From assembly GCA_050084515.1 (NCBI GenBank), contig CM114271.1, forward strand, positions 20,460,001 to 20,524,000: DNA of 64,000 nt, read 5' to 3'. The translations under genes were made by a program, and so were the position numbers. The stretch is from Blasia pusilla. Lineage: Eukaryota. The notes beneath the pieces are model-generated. The model had not been told where the DNA came from, ran no database searches, and saw nothing but the letters and a program-made list of their open reading frames with translations. Below, one piece after another: positions 23,278 to 36,500 of this stretch; position 1 is the first letter of the stretch; each line of letters starts with the position of its first letter.

Positions 23278-26200
23278 TATTACCGACAGCTTACGATCTT
23301 CAAAGCTGCAACCAACAGGAAAATGGCGATCGCTACAACATCACAACGTCCCGCAGTCCTGCGCTCGCCTTCGCCTTCGCCTCCGTCCGCTTCCCGATTT
23401 CTGTCTCCCTCTCCGCCCTCCCTCTTCTTCCCAGGACCGACGGGGGCGGTATTCGCCGAGCGCCACTGGCGTGGCGAGGATCCATTGGCCTGTGGAGAGC
23501 CTCTATCTTGCCAGTCAGCAGCAGCCAGTGACAAGTGGAGTAGCGAATCTCCCTCTGGTGTACATATTATATCTGCTCTCCTCGTTTGCCAGCACACTGT
23601 GCGAGCGGTCTTTGCTGCGATCTCATCGATCTGTCCGGCACGCAGGACCCGCTCACCCGTCGATTGTGCGGAAGCCGGGCCGGGCCTTTTTAAACTCCGT
23701 GTTCGGAAGTGGATACCAAGGGGTGTCAAATCCATCCCGTATGAGCTTAACATTTCAAATCGAAACACCCGTGTGAGAACCTGAACCCAACGGAGATGAA
23801 CGTTCCTTGGATCCACCCTAGCTTATCATCGCTCTCCGGCGAAAAGATAAATGCCTTAGGGTTTTTTTTCATTAGGGTTTGCTTATGTTTAACAACATAG
23901 AAATTCGTGTCTACTTGTAAGTGTGAGGTATAAAAAAGTGTTTGTTAGTAAATGCACCTGGGATTAAAGGGAAATATAAAAGTGTTTGAAGAGTTTTTTT
24001 AATGAAAATTAAAAAAATTAATGTAAGTGTATAATTCGTGAAGGGAAAAGTTTAATGATATTGAATGTCCAAAAAAATCAAATTCTTTTCTTATTGTTAG
24101 AAGTATGTTAAACATTCACGTGTCAAACAAAGAGGTGTTTACAAATCAAGAAAACATTCTCCCGTAATAATATAGATATCTATGTTATTATTACAACGAT
24201 AACATTACCTTTATTTTTTATTGCAATTAATTTGAAATATTCTATCATTATACAAATTAAGCACTACATCGTATCAAAGTTGAATTTCTTTGAGCTTTAC
24301 TAAGTTGCAATGCATGGTGTATAACTGCTTGCTAACTACTAGCTTTCTAGTCTTTACTCAACTAGAACGCATATGTGCTTGCTCATGCGATTTCACATCT
24401 CTAGTCACCTAGGCATAGCATATGTATTTCATGCTATTCATGATAATGATACAATAATGTTTGTATTTTTCAAGTTCTCTAGCCCCTACGTGAACGACTC
24501 CGCACCTTCTTGACGAATCCTTCTTGGACAACACAACGCTTACACCACAGTGGCTACATGAACTACTCTCAGCTACACAACTACTTCCGGTTGGCCTTTG
24601 GACCAGTTGTACATCTGCTCTCGTTGGCCTTCGGATCAGCTTGGCACTCGCTTGTATCTGTGCATCCATCTCAACAAGATAGAGTATCTACAAAGGCATC
24701 TTCATAGCATTACAAATGGTAGCTAGAAGAAAAAACAATAAAAGGCATGCAAGGAAAGGGGAAGGGTGTAGTGAAGAGTGGCACTTCGTCGAAAAAGCAC
24801 TATGGCGTGGAGTGTGTAGATGCCACGCCTTTGGAGAGCTACAAGTGGTCTCCAACAACACATGATGAGTGTATCCCATTGAGTGGTTGTAAGAATTCTT
24901 AGTTGGCCATTAGCCCTATATAGGGCATGAGGTTGAGTCCTTCAGAAGCTCCACTCTTCACATATGCTTGAAGGGATTCCATCCCTTCATTAGATGCACT
25001 AGAAGGATTGAGTATGAGGTATTTCCCAAGGGATGTGAAAGATATGAATGTATTTGATAAGGAAAATCACGAAACCCCACAATATCAATTGAAGAGGCCC
25101 ACAAGTCAAAGAGATATTGCAATCGGGTCGGCATTTGGCAAGAAGGGTCAGAGCATACTTTTTAGAAAAACCTAAGAGTTCTCGCCATCAATATAACGGA
25201 CCCCACCCTTGGAGGAGAAGGCACCTAAGCCAATCCCACAAGTAACCAAAAATCCTCAAAAAGCTAAAAGGGAATGTGTCGTGCGCATACATATCGCTAC
25301 ACAACTCACATCGTTGTTCACATCTACACACCACACAACACCGATCTTCCCCAACATACGGGTATATTCATACATAAATGAAACATACTCATGCATATAC
25401 TGGGACCCCACAACCGCCCCCCTAGCTGGCAGTTGGGTCCCCCAAACTCCAGATAGCACACATATGTCCTTGATATGATCTCCTATCCTATACACATCTA
25501 GCACCATCGATGCCGTCGTCCCCGCAACACTGCCAACTGGAGCATCCCGCCATGTTGGTCTCTCCAAAGAGATCTAACACTCTCGTACCCTGCTCCAAAC
25601 ATAGGAACGGCTCCAGGCGTGCCTCATGAGCTTGTCTGCACTCCACGTATCTCAACGCTCATCCCCAACAACAATAAACGAAGCTCCGCACCATGGGAAG
25701 AGACACCCACCCTGGCATGTCTCTCTGTGGGACTATTCACTACGAGAATGTCCTCCGCATGTGTCATCCTCTCCCTGAACCCTACTGATCGGCAAACACC
25801 ACATGTGAATGGTGCCAACATGGTCACCATATCCTCATGCGGTCGACCACCACTACTCCCTACAAACAACACCGGTAGATGGCTCACCCGTCCATCACCT
25901 GATCGCCACCATGGCCGATAATTAAGAAGTGTCTTCTCCCAAAAATCTAAAATAAAACCAAGAGGGTACAACATCGTAATCCCTACCAACACATCATACG
26001 ACTTTGTCGATGTTGTAATCGCCCGAGTGCGCACCATTGCACTATCCATCTCATACTCTGGCTGGAGTCTAATCACTAACTCCTATCGATTCATGTATTG
26101 CGTGGGTGATATGCCCCTAGTAGAGTTCTGTATCTGAAAGGAACAACGCTCGATGTTGCCTTTCTGTAAACCCAACGCCAAACACGCCGCCTTCCCTGCC

Positions 26201-29200
26201 ATCAAGGGCTGCGCTCCCTAATCAAGTAAGACGCGCTGCGGGTGGTACACCATACCTATGGAACTAACCAAGTGAGACACTCCTGCTTGGTTATTCAACA
26301 ACACCACACTTGGTGTGATCATGGCTCGCTCTATCGCTGGCCTAGCCGGCATATCTACCAACTTCATCGTGGCCGCATGCCATGACTCAGTGCGGGACAT
26401 CCCGAGCACCTGCTCCAAGGGCAAGTCCACCACCTCCTCAACTACCTCTGAACGAGAATTAGTCACCTCTACACGCTCACACAACATGACGGCCAGCCGG
26501 AACACCTCCGCTGGTCCAACTCCCAATGTCGCCAACTCCATGGCTGAAAATAATGGAGTGTGGCTCACCCTAGTGGCCACCTCCAACAACATGGTCGACA
26601 CTGGCTCCTCCCGAGCTAGCATAGGATTCGTCTCTCCAACTCCTTGACGTCGATGCACCTATCCCACCTGTGGGTACTACTGGTCGTCAAGGCACCATAG
26701 ACGATGTATGTAGTGCCTCCGATAATGTGAGCAATTGGGGAACCCTGGCCTGCCGCCCATCAGTCCCCTCCTGTGGGTCAATCTCAATCCCATCTCTTGA
26801 TGGCTCGGTTACTCTTGCAGCACCCCGAGTCACCACCTCAACCTGAGCTGCACTACACATAAATCCCATCCCCACAGAATCCTCACCAGTATCGTGGTAA
26901 GATGTGGAAGTTAGCGCCACACTAGCTACTCTCAGCTCCGCGCTTGCCTGCAACTGCATCATCGTCATGGTAGCAATCCTCTGCTCCAACTGATCGATGC
27001 GCATAAGGAGGGTTGCATCGGGTGCACGTCCTCCATCTCTTGTGACTGGTGATGGTACTACCACCATGATCATCTACTACTTGATCTCCACCAACTCTCT
27101 CGCCCCCAAGTTCTCTACCTACCTCTGGACGTACCTCATGGCAAAGATCATGACACCTATCCCTAGTGTGATCATATCGGTGAGAATGGTCACACTGAAA
27201 CTGTGGTGGGGCCATCCTCTATGGCTCCTGAGCAATTGGAGGCGCTTGTGGCCCTCTCCCATGATGTGGGCAGTCCCTCTGCCCAAGTGATCCACCACAC
27301 GTCCAACAAGCCAACCCTAGTCCTTGCTAGGAAACATATGTCGGTATGGGTTTTTGCCTCATCAGCTCACGATATCCGCCATGCTCTCTAGGCCCACTAG
27401 CCCGCTCCTATGGTACTAGTGCATGTTGGGGCACCTGTGGGTCTACTCCTACTCGTCGAATCCTGTGGTCACCACCTGCTCCTCACTCATGTTGAGCTCT
27501 ACCCGCTAAGACAACTCGAAGATCACCTTCAATGTGGGCTTCGCCGTGTGATGCAACATCGCATGCCAAACTCTCCTCTGTAGCTCCTCATCCAACACCT
27601 CATACCAATACTCTACTGACTGTGCCTCAGTCACCCCATATGTGGCAAAAATCAATTGTCGCATGCGCATGAATCCCTCCCTCATACTCTCAACCAATCT
27701 CCATTAAAAATCTTGTAAACTCTTCAGCTTGTCGATCCGCACGCCCTGGTAGCTCCTCCCAAATTGTCAAAAGAACTCCACTGTAGGATTGAAACTCGGT
27801 GGTCCTCTACCACAAGAAGTCTCTGCCACCTCACCACTCTCACTGCCATCCTCTCCATCTAGTCCTCGGGCTGATGGTGTAGGCCTCTCTGCCCTCACTA
27901 TCCCATCATACGCCTCGTAGCCACTAGTGGACATATACCATGAAGCCCAATATACCCTCCAGGCATCGATCTCTACAGAGTATAGAGATTAGAACTCCAT
28001 GTAGTTATCCATCACCGGACCCTCCAAGTGCTGGAACAACCCCTTCCATGCCATAAAAGGGTTGAATCGCATAGGGGCCGTATCTCCTGGAAGTTGCACA
28101 ACTTGTCGAACTCCCGGATGAAGTCATCTAAATCTATGGTGCCTACCGCACCCAAGAAACGACGCATGCCCCGGTAGCCCATGTCGTCCATCTCTCTCCA
28201 CATTTCACTGTTCTCGTCCGTGATCTCGTTACCAGACTCGCTGTCTAGTGATGATGATCCAGCCACTAATGGGAGTCAGGGTGGTTCCTCACTTGAAACA
28301 CCTCGATAGCTCACACCACTCCGTGTCACTCCATTACCACTACTCCTACTACCCCATTCTTCAAAACTCTAGAAGAACGCCGTGATGATAACCCTGTCTT
28401 ACACTCTCAAGCACTTAGACTCACCAAGAGTCTCCTACACTCCTCACTAGCTCACCTACGCTAATGGTAATCCCGTGACGACACAACCAACCTCATGCAC
28501 ACTCAACACTTGGGCTCACCATGAGCCTCTCGACTAACTCACCTAAGTCATAAACATACTCTCGGGTCATACACAAGACCCCTACTCGGCAACCGCCATA
28601 TATCCACAAACATGCTACACATGCATGGAGACTACACTCGTCACCATCGCTACACCCATCTAGCACCAGCTACTACTCGACCCAACACTCTCAATCACAC
28701 AAGATAAGTGCGGGAAAAGGGACTCGAATGGGTAACCTGATCACGCCATCCAACTTATTGCATAGTCAACACGGACTCCTCCATGTGATACGACAACCTC
28801 CGCAACACGAAATTCTCCTCAACACATGTCAAACCTCCCATCAATGGATGCAGACTACTCGTCGGCATCAACACGTGTGTCTCCATCACAACCCTTGCAA
28901 ATCCCAGTCGGTGAAGAACTAATGAGTCGACCCCCAACCAACTCGTAATAACTGCCAAACTCTCGTCGTGAATCCCACCATGCTCGCGAAACACCAAGTC
29001 TCAAAATGCTCTCCTACTGCGTAACTCAACGCAATCACATCCGCCCCCCCTCAAACTGGTAGCCTAAACCAACCACGTCCGACTTCTTGCTCCTACCACG
29101 TCTGCTCCTGCCTCTCCCACGTCGGCCTTGCTCGACTACATCAACTACCACCAGCCTGGTCGGGGTCAGGGTTTAGGGTTTAGGGTTAAGGTTTAACCAT

Positions 29201-29540
29201 CCCCACCCAGCATAGCTGCTGGCCTCGGGTGGGGTGGGGGAGGGGGGGGGGGAAGGCCTTGGTCCGCGGCCCTATGCGGGCCTCCCTAACTTCCAAAAAG
29301 AGGGGGGAGGGGGGCCAAAACACAATGTGTGTGGCCCTACCACCTTCAAAACTCCGCCTCCAGCTCCCGACTATCCTCTCTCCCAACTCAACTCCGCTAC
29401 ACAACTTGACGTCCCCAACTACGTCTTTTCTTTCTCTCCTGCCTTAACTCATATGTGGGTCCGCTGCCCTATGCGGCAGCAACTCCCTGCTCTCCCTTCC
29501 TTGAACCGCGACTGTGCTCTCACTACAAGCACGCCTCCCT

Positions 29541-31750
29541 ACCATGGGATGCCTCGGCCTTGCAAACCCCTGAATCCGACGGGTTGCAGTAGGTGGGTTT
29601 AAGGTTGCAACACGTCGGGACCCGACGGGTCGTAGAGTCGTTCATGGGATGCCTCGGCCTTGCAACCCGTCTGGTTCCGACATGTAGCTTATTTCTTTGA
29701 CTCCTGAGTTATTTTCGTTCCCTTCTAACATTGCCGTCGTTGCAGGGATTGAACATTCATGAAATGCCCTCTGCCCCAACACAAGTGGAGCAGAAAGTGT
29801 TCATTCCTCCTGGAGGTCGTCACAAGCATGGCAACAAATTTCACTTGTGGAGGCTTGCCAACAAGACTAGGCAAGAGCAATGCTACAGTCTGCAGCATCC
29901 CATATCTTCCTCACAAAAGGCATAACAAAAGGAAGGGGGTCGTCGATCTACGAGCTCTATGTGAGGGCGGTTGTGAGATCTGGTGATGAAAAAATGTACG
30001 TGGAAGCCTTCAACCGGTGCGTAGCTGGAACTCCCCTCGAGCAAGACGTACACATTGGTGGGGATATTCGTGGGCGGGTTTCAAGACGTCCCATACAGAT
30101 GGTGGTAGAGTAGTCCGAGCGAGACTCGTGGAGACCAGATAAGTATCTTGACTTCAGGCAGGCGTAGAGGCAGCATCGAGGAACGAATCCGGTGATTGAT
30201 TTGGATGAGGAAATTACGCCGCCCAGGTATTCGGGGACCGTGGACCCGTCCCAAATCCGTGATGGAGTTACTTCTCCAAAATCAGTGAATGTTTTATTTC
30301 AAAAGCCCTCCGTTGCTGGAAGTTCGCAACATCCGATCGATCAACAATATGGGATTCCGGTAATGGAGGTGGATTGCAACCTAAAACGGTGGCATATATC
30401 TCGGAGCAACCCAGGACGTGGACCCACCTGCAGGGCAGGATCTAATGGCATTAGGAGAGCATGCAGCACTTTCCTAAGTAAGAACTGTACAAGGACTAGA
30501 CGACCACTGCCTGGGTTTTGGGGACTCAAAACCTTTGATCGTTTCACGAGGACCGGGGATCAATTGAAGTACTTCTTCTGCCCAAATGAATCTTGCGCTT
30601 TCCGGAAGTCTTATCCGGCTGCCATTGGAGCTCCGGGGAATACCCCCACGATTTGGCCCATCGCCGCAGGTACGAACTGCACTCAAGACGAAGTGGACAA
30701 TCTTACAAGTGCCGATTTCAGACTCGTAGACGGGGGAAGTTCGGAGCATGTTCGCATTACAGAGACCTTCGCATTTCATATTCAACCCAAGATTGATGTC
30801 AACATGTACTCGGAGAAGGTGGATGATATGAATCCACTATTTTTGTTTGAGTCTAGAAATGGGGTGAAGAGAAACAGAATGTGTAGGCCAACGGTGGAGA
30901 GAGCAAAGCGAATTGCATCAGCTCGGGAGGCAAAAATGGAGATCATCGCCACGAAATATGTCTTGAGTGGCAATGGAATAGGAAGGATGTATTGGGTCAG
31001 GAACAACACTGTAAATTCAAGTGTCACAGGGGTGTATGTGGTGCACATTTGTTGCTTTCCCACATGTTCATGTGATGACTTTGTCCAAAGAGAGACAAGT
31101 GGCAAAAGGTATTTCCCTTGTAAGCACATGTACTATGTGTTGCTGGTAGTTTTAAGAGAGTCGGAGGTAGGAGTAGGAATCCACCAACCAATTATGTCCC
31201 TCAAAGAAGTGCGAAGTATTTTAAACAAACCACTTTGAGGATGCAAAATGAGGTTTTAGATTGTACTTTTATTTTTCAGTTTTGTATATTTTGCGCAATT
31301 TGCAACGGGTCGGACTCAGATGGGTTGCCAAAATATGGAAGAGAAAAAAAAATTGTGGGATTGCTTAATAAGTGAACAAAAAATGCAAAAAAATCACACA
31401 AAAAGTTTCCTCTCTTCAACCCAACGGAAACTCTCTTAAAAAAAGTATCTATTTCGGTTGAAGGTAGTTTCCTCTCTCCTCTCTCCTCTCTTCCTCTCCT
31501 CTTACCGCACCTTAGTCACGCTCTCAACGCTGATTTGCATCCAAAATCAGTGTTGAGAGCTCTCTGCCTCTGAGACCCATCAGGTCCCGACGTGTTGCAA
31601 CCCTAAACCCACCTACTGCAACCCGTCGGATTCAGACTGGTTGCAAGGCCGAGGCATCCCATGAATGACTCTCCGACCCGTCGGGTCCCAACGTGTTGCA
31701 ACCCTAAACCCACTTACTGCAACCCGTCCGATTCAGACGGGTTGCAAGAA
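29541..31750 (+). mobile_element. Putative Mutator-like or foldback insert with tandem ~100-bp inverted terminal repeats around a SWIM-finger ORF
   Basis: Repeat units at 29543 and 29643, inverted units at 31583 and 31684. Lies inside the 5' UTR of S2. Confidence 0.55.
30192..31238 (+). CDS. SWIM zinc-finger protein, probably the 3' part of a decayed transposon gene
   Basis: C-terminal YVVHICCFPTCSCDDF...YFPCKHMYYVLL (CxC...CxH). The same frame extends upstream to ~29745 through several stops. Confidence 0.6.
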   Translation: MIDLDEEITPPRYSGTVDPSQIRDGVTSPKSVNVLFQKPSVAGSSQHPIDQQYGIPVMEVDCNLKRWHISRSNPGRGPTCRAGSNGIRRACSTFLSKNCTRTRRPLPGFWGLKTFDRFTRTGDQLKYFFCPNESCAFRKSYPAAIGAPGNTPTIWPIAAGTNCTQDEVDNLTSADFRLVDGGSSEHVRITETFAFHIQPKIDVNMYSEKVDDMNPLFLFESRNGVKRNRMCRPTVERAKRIASAREAKMEIIATKYVLSGNGIGRMYWVRNNTVNSSVTGVYVVHICCFPTCSCDDFVQRETSGKRYFPCKHMYYVLLVVLRESEVGVGIHQPIMSLKEVRSILNKPL

Positions 31751-31849
31751 CCTGTGGCCACTCTGGAAGATCCAAGTGCAAGTCATCCCAAACCCATCCG
31801 GGTCGGTTAGTCAGATCTTGGATCAATCAGCGGGCTAACTTTCCGAGTT

Positions 31850-32100
31850 CTCGTCTCGGTCTCTCATCAAGCTCAACCGTCCTAGTTTCGTGGTTTACAA
31901 CACGGGCAAGTCTCAAAAGACTTGGGACAGACTTTCTAGTTGGTTCAGGAACCTCAAACGGCATTTCGCGCTTGGCAGTTCCAAGTGTCCGATGGACATC
32001 CAATGAGTCCCTAACCGAGACTCGCACAAAGTGAATCTCGGGTTGGAATCCAAATGTGGCGTACAAAGTCCACTCCCTTGGATCAAGTTTGGGTTTCGAG
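31850..32100 (-). repeat. Fragment of a diverged chromovirus-type LTR
   Basis: tctcatcaagctcaacc...gacttgggacagactttct aligns with 10400-10480. Confidence 0.65.
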
Positions 32101-33571
32101 TTCCAACTATGAAGAGGCCTCCCTCAAGGTATGTGGTCCTAAAGCCCCTACTTCGACTCTGCACAACCCGCTCCAAATTCTCGGGCCCCGGCTACGCGCT
32201 CCAGTGGCTATATGCATGCGTGCGTGCTCCAAGGGCTATATGCATGCGTGCGTGCTCCTTTGGCTGCCTAACCCTAGTTTCTACATATGTGACCTAAACC
32301 TAGTCCAAGCCCTAGCGCCTTTACTTTATAGCCCTCTGATGGCTGCAAGGCAAAGCTCTCTCTTTCCCGACACGCGCCACTCCTCAACGACGCTCACTCG
32401 CGTACTACATCCGAGCACTCTTGTCCACCATCTGCTACTGCTCTACCCTAGTCCGCTACCAGAAAAAATCAGGAGAAAATGAGTAGCACTTCCGCGCATG
32501 GTCTTTCAAACGGAAAAATGACAACAAAAAAAAGTCAACCAATGTCTCCAGGGGCTCCCCACCACCTGCAAACAATAAATTCCCTACCCCCTCATATCTA
32601 TCTTATGTAAAATCAAGAGTAGTAAAAATGGCTCACCCCGCCTAAAACTCCACTCATGAATCTACATCGGCATATCGAAGCACATCCACCCTCTACTATG
32701 AAGGAATCCGGATGCTAGCACCCTAACTCCTACACACCCACACACGTCTATGCAAGAGAGGCACTTCTAAGGCTCAACATGAGAAAGATGGCTTGGGAAA
32801 GCCATCTTCCTTACTCTTATACCCTTGGGAAGAGCCAAAAGGCTCTTATACCCTAAATAGCCCTACCAACGGTAACTTGCATGCACAGGTTACCGGGTGA
32901 CCGTTGACTTGGTCAACGAGTCATCTCACAGACTAAAACAAAAATAGGGAAATTGCCATAAACGACATTCCCGACATTACAGACCTATCGCCAACCTCAT
33001 CTGACATCTCGGGACAAAGTTACACCCAAACAGCCCGATGACTCTCTATGTCATCGACGTGATAGAACTCTACCTACCTCGAAATAAGATGTGAAAAATG
33101 ACTCATGCCACTCAAACCAAAGCTCCTAATGTGAAATGACTACTATTACTCTGTAGTTATCAAAGTAACACTCTACATTAGAGTGGGCAAGACCTCAATA
33201 TGTACAAACTTGACTTGCAAGGATATGAATGTCCATTGAAGCAACACGGTTTATGCTAATAGGATATGTAGCTGGAATACTTCTATAGTGTCTCTAATGG
33301 AGAGCAGAGCTCAACGACTCTAAAATATGAAGTCACATAGTTGTTTAATGCTTACAAAACTTATGCGCTAGGAAGAGAGCAGATAAGTATATGTGCTTTG
33401 ACTTGTAAGAGTCCACCCATGACCGAGATGAAGAAGCAAGAAGGTGACTAATCTGTCCACCTTTGATGCGGCTAAAGAACACATGACAATCAACCTCTCA
33501 TAACCACAACAACTTGTCATAGCAACCACAAAGAAATGAGCAAGGAGAGAAGAAGAAATTGATATGTTGTT

Positions 33572-36500
33572 TCTTATGTCTTTTGCGATGGATTGACGAG
33601 CTTGTGATAGAGTGCCTTCGATGATATTAGAGGACAACCTCAAGATGTCATGGATGACCTGTTGAGGCATCAAGTAACCTGAGAGAGCAAGTTTCCCCTT
33701 CGTTTCGGCTCATTTGGAGCCATATAGATAAAATTACTATTTTGGGTAAGCTATCGTTATAAGTGGAATTTAGTTTCTACTTTGGGAAGTGGCCCTTGAT
33801 CCCCTCCAGCAAGTCAAGAGCCAAGGAGGTGACCTGCGAGCATAGGTTACCATAGAGAGAGCGTGAGAGAGGGAAGGAGGTATACCCAAGGAGAGAGAGC
33901 TTTGGAACTCATTCTCTCTTTGTTGAACCTCTTGGCATGAGGCGGACGAGCTATGGTCTTCCTTGCTTTGTGAGTAATCCAAGTCTTCTATTAGGAGAGT
34001 GGGTTTGGTTTGACATGAGAAAGAGATGTAGTTGTGTGCATATTATGAGAGATATTTGTTGTGCGCATACACATCACTACATAACATACATCGTTGTCAC
34101 CGAACACACACACAAACACGTACAATCCCATGCTAACTCATGACATCCAAACAACAAGACCAGAAGTACCAAAATATCTCATCAAGTATAACAATGCTCC
34201 ATCAACCAAGACATCGTAGGACTCCGCATCAGTCACTATCGCCTTAGCTCGCACCACGGACTCATCTGTAGGATGTCCTGGGCGAATCCTCACCACGACC
34301 TCATGTTGGGTGATATACTGTGTGGTACTTGCTCCACCCAAGGATGTCTGTATCCGGAATGGACAACGCTCCACATCGGCTCTCGTCAAGCCCAATCCTC
34401 TGAATGACAATTTTCCCAACATCATGGGTTGCGCTCCTGAATCCAACAAGACGCGTTGCGGACTAAAAGCTCTACTTCCGGGACTCACCAACTGGAATAC
34501 CTCTCCCCGGTTATCCAGCAACACAGCACCAGGAGAAGCCATGACATGCTCTATCATGGGTCTAGCGAGCATCTCCGCCATCCTAGCAATCGTAGCCTGC
34601 CATGGATATGACGTGGATGGCCCGATCATCCGCTCCAAGGGCAGGTCCATCACCTCCTCTGCAATCACCTCTGAACGTGATGCAAGAACTCCAACTCCAC
34701 ACTCACATAGCGTAGCGACCAGCCGGAACACCTCGACGGGCGTACCTCCCAATGTCATAACATCGGAAGCAGAAAATAGCAGAGCACGGTACACCATCGT
34801 GGCCGCCCCCAACATCGTACTCGACACATGCTCCTCCTGAGCGTCGGCAATAGGAGTTGTCGCACTTGTTTCTCCCATTTTCCTCCATGCCTACACACCA
34901 ATAACATCACCAACTCTCCGGGAATTCTGATTAGGACCCATCAATGGGATCCTCATAGCCTCGGACAACGTGAAAGATTGAGGAAGTCTGGTCTGTTTCG
35001 TGGCTTTCCCCACTTTGGATCCAACTCTGCGACTGCTCCACACGTCATAATTGCGGCGGCCTCCATCTGGGCAACCCCGCACATCCAACTAGGGTCCTCC
35101 ATATCTGTGGCTGCTCCATATGATGTTGATGCCACGGATCCGGCATCGGGTAACCTCAATGCCATAGCGGCAATCTGCTCATGTAGCTGGTGTGTATGAG
35201 TAGGCATCCTCGCCTCATGCCCAGTGTCTCCCTCGACGCATCTAGATGGTGGGACTCTACCTCCTCCACGGGCAATTCCACCACCATGTCAAGCAACTTT
35301 AGCTCCTCGTCCCCCAATGGGACCACCTGGTGCACAACCTCTAGCCCACCCGTACCGGCTAGTGGCTCTGGTGCCCTCTCTAGCTCTCGGTCCGGATGTA
35401 ACTCAGGGTGTAAACTGAAACACTTGGCGCATGTCTGACCATACCTCTAAAAATAGGCACACTGATAACCTCTTGGTGCAGCACCATCTCTTCCTCCATG
35501 ATGAGGCACACGTATATGACCCTTACGAGTGCAATTATGCTGATGATGGGCTCCACCACATGACCAACAAGTAATAGTAGGCGGCTGCTGCTGAGCCGCA
35601 TATGAAGGCACATGTCTCTATGGCATGGCCTCATGGTATCCTCCCTAAGCTCATGGTGCCACAGTCAACCTATCTCGAAGTCTATGTTGCTGCACTGGTG
35701 GTACAGGCAATCGTGACTTCTCTCGCCTAGAACCCATGGTGGATGCGCTCTCCTCCGCCATGTTGCGCTTAATATTCTTGGCGGTCCTAAAAAAATCTCT
35801 CAATGTAGGGGAGGTGTTCATAGGAAGCACCCCTCCCGCACCCGTGTCTGCTGGGTCCAATCCATGCATCGCGTACCATGACTGGATAGCCTAAGCCTTT
35901 GTCAACCCATGAGTGACGTTGATCAACTGGCACAAGCGAGTGTAAGCATCATGCAAACTCTCACCCGGGCGCCTGTGGAAGTTGTGGATGCTCCGCAACT
36001 TCTCTGTCTGTACCCCCTCGTAGCTCGCCCTCAACTCAACGAAGAACTCAACCACCAGGTTGAAGCTGGGACGAACCCGACTAGACGGTACAACTGCTCC
36101 AGTGCGAGTGACCCCTCCTAGTAGAAGAGGAAGTAGCCTCTCCTGACTCCTCCTCCTCATCTGGGAATGGCTCCGTCCATGACACATAGTGTGGGTTATT
36201 GTAGAGTCGTCATGCCTCAATCTCTTGGGCATGTCTGTGGGAGAACTCATGGTAATTGTCCATGGGCGCCCCCTCTAAATGCTAGAACATACTGCTCCAT
36301 GTTGTAAACGGGTTGAACTCTCTAGAGTTCCCAGCCTATTGTGAGTCATACCAACTTCTAAACTCTGTAATGAAGTCGTGTAGCTCTAAAGCGCCTACAC
36401 CACCCAAAAACCTATGCGGTTCTCTACCCCGGTCGTCCATCTTGTACGCCCAACTGGTAGGACCACTCAATGTGTACGGTGGATCACTAACACACTCCTC

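Larger units (their letters stand above)
25277..33096 (-). mobile_element. Split-repeat family copy S2, non-autonomous (A1-gag-PR-deletion-B; MTase/RT/RH/IN lost)
   Basis: B at 25277-25412, A at 32643-33096, TSD AATG at 25273-25276 and 33097-33100. Gag/CCHC/PR remnants at 25560-28360. Confidence 0.88.

Noticed and set aside
22765-23816. Long ORFs of 339, 226 and 178 aa near the FHA gene
   Set aside because: They overlap or are antisense to the GC-rich first exon and promoter of the FHA gene and show no recognisable domain.
24400-25270. Possible decayed coding or TE fragment (also 33100-33570)
   Set aside because: No motif I can recognise in any frame, so left unannotated.
29165-29195. Telomere or chromosome-fusion scar
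   Set aside because: Only about three imperfect TTTAGGG units, inside a TE UTR.
29543-29681. CRISPR-like array
   Set aside because: These are tandem ~100-bp units without unique spacers, in a eukaryotic context with no cas genes.
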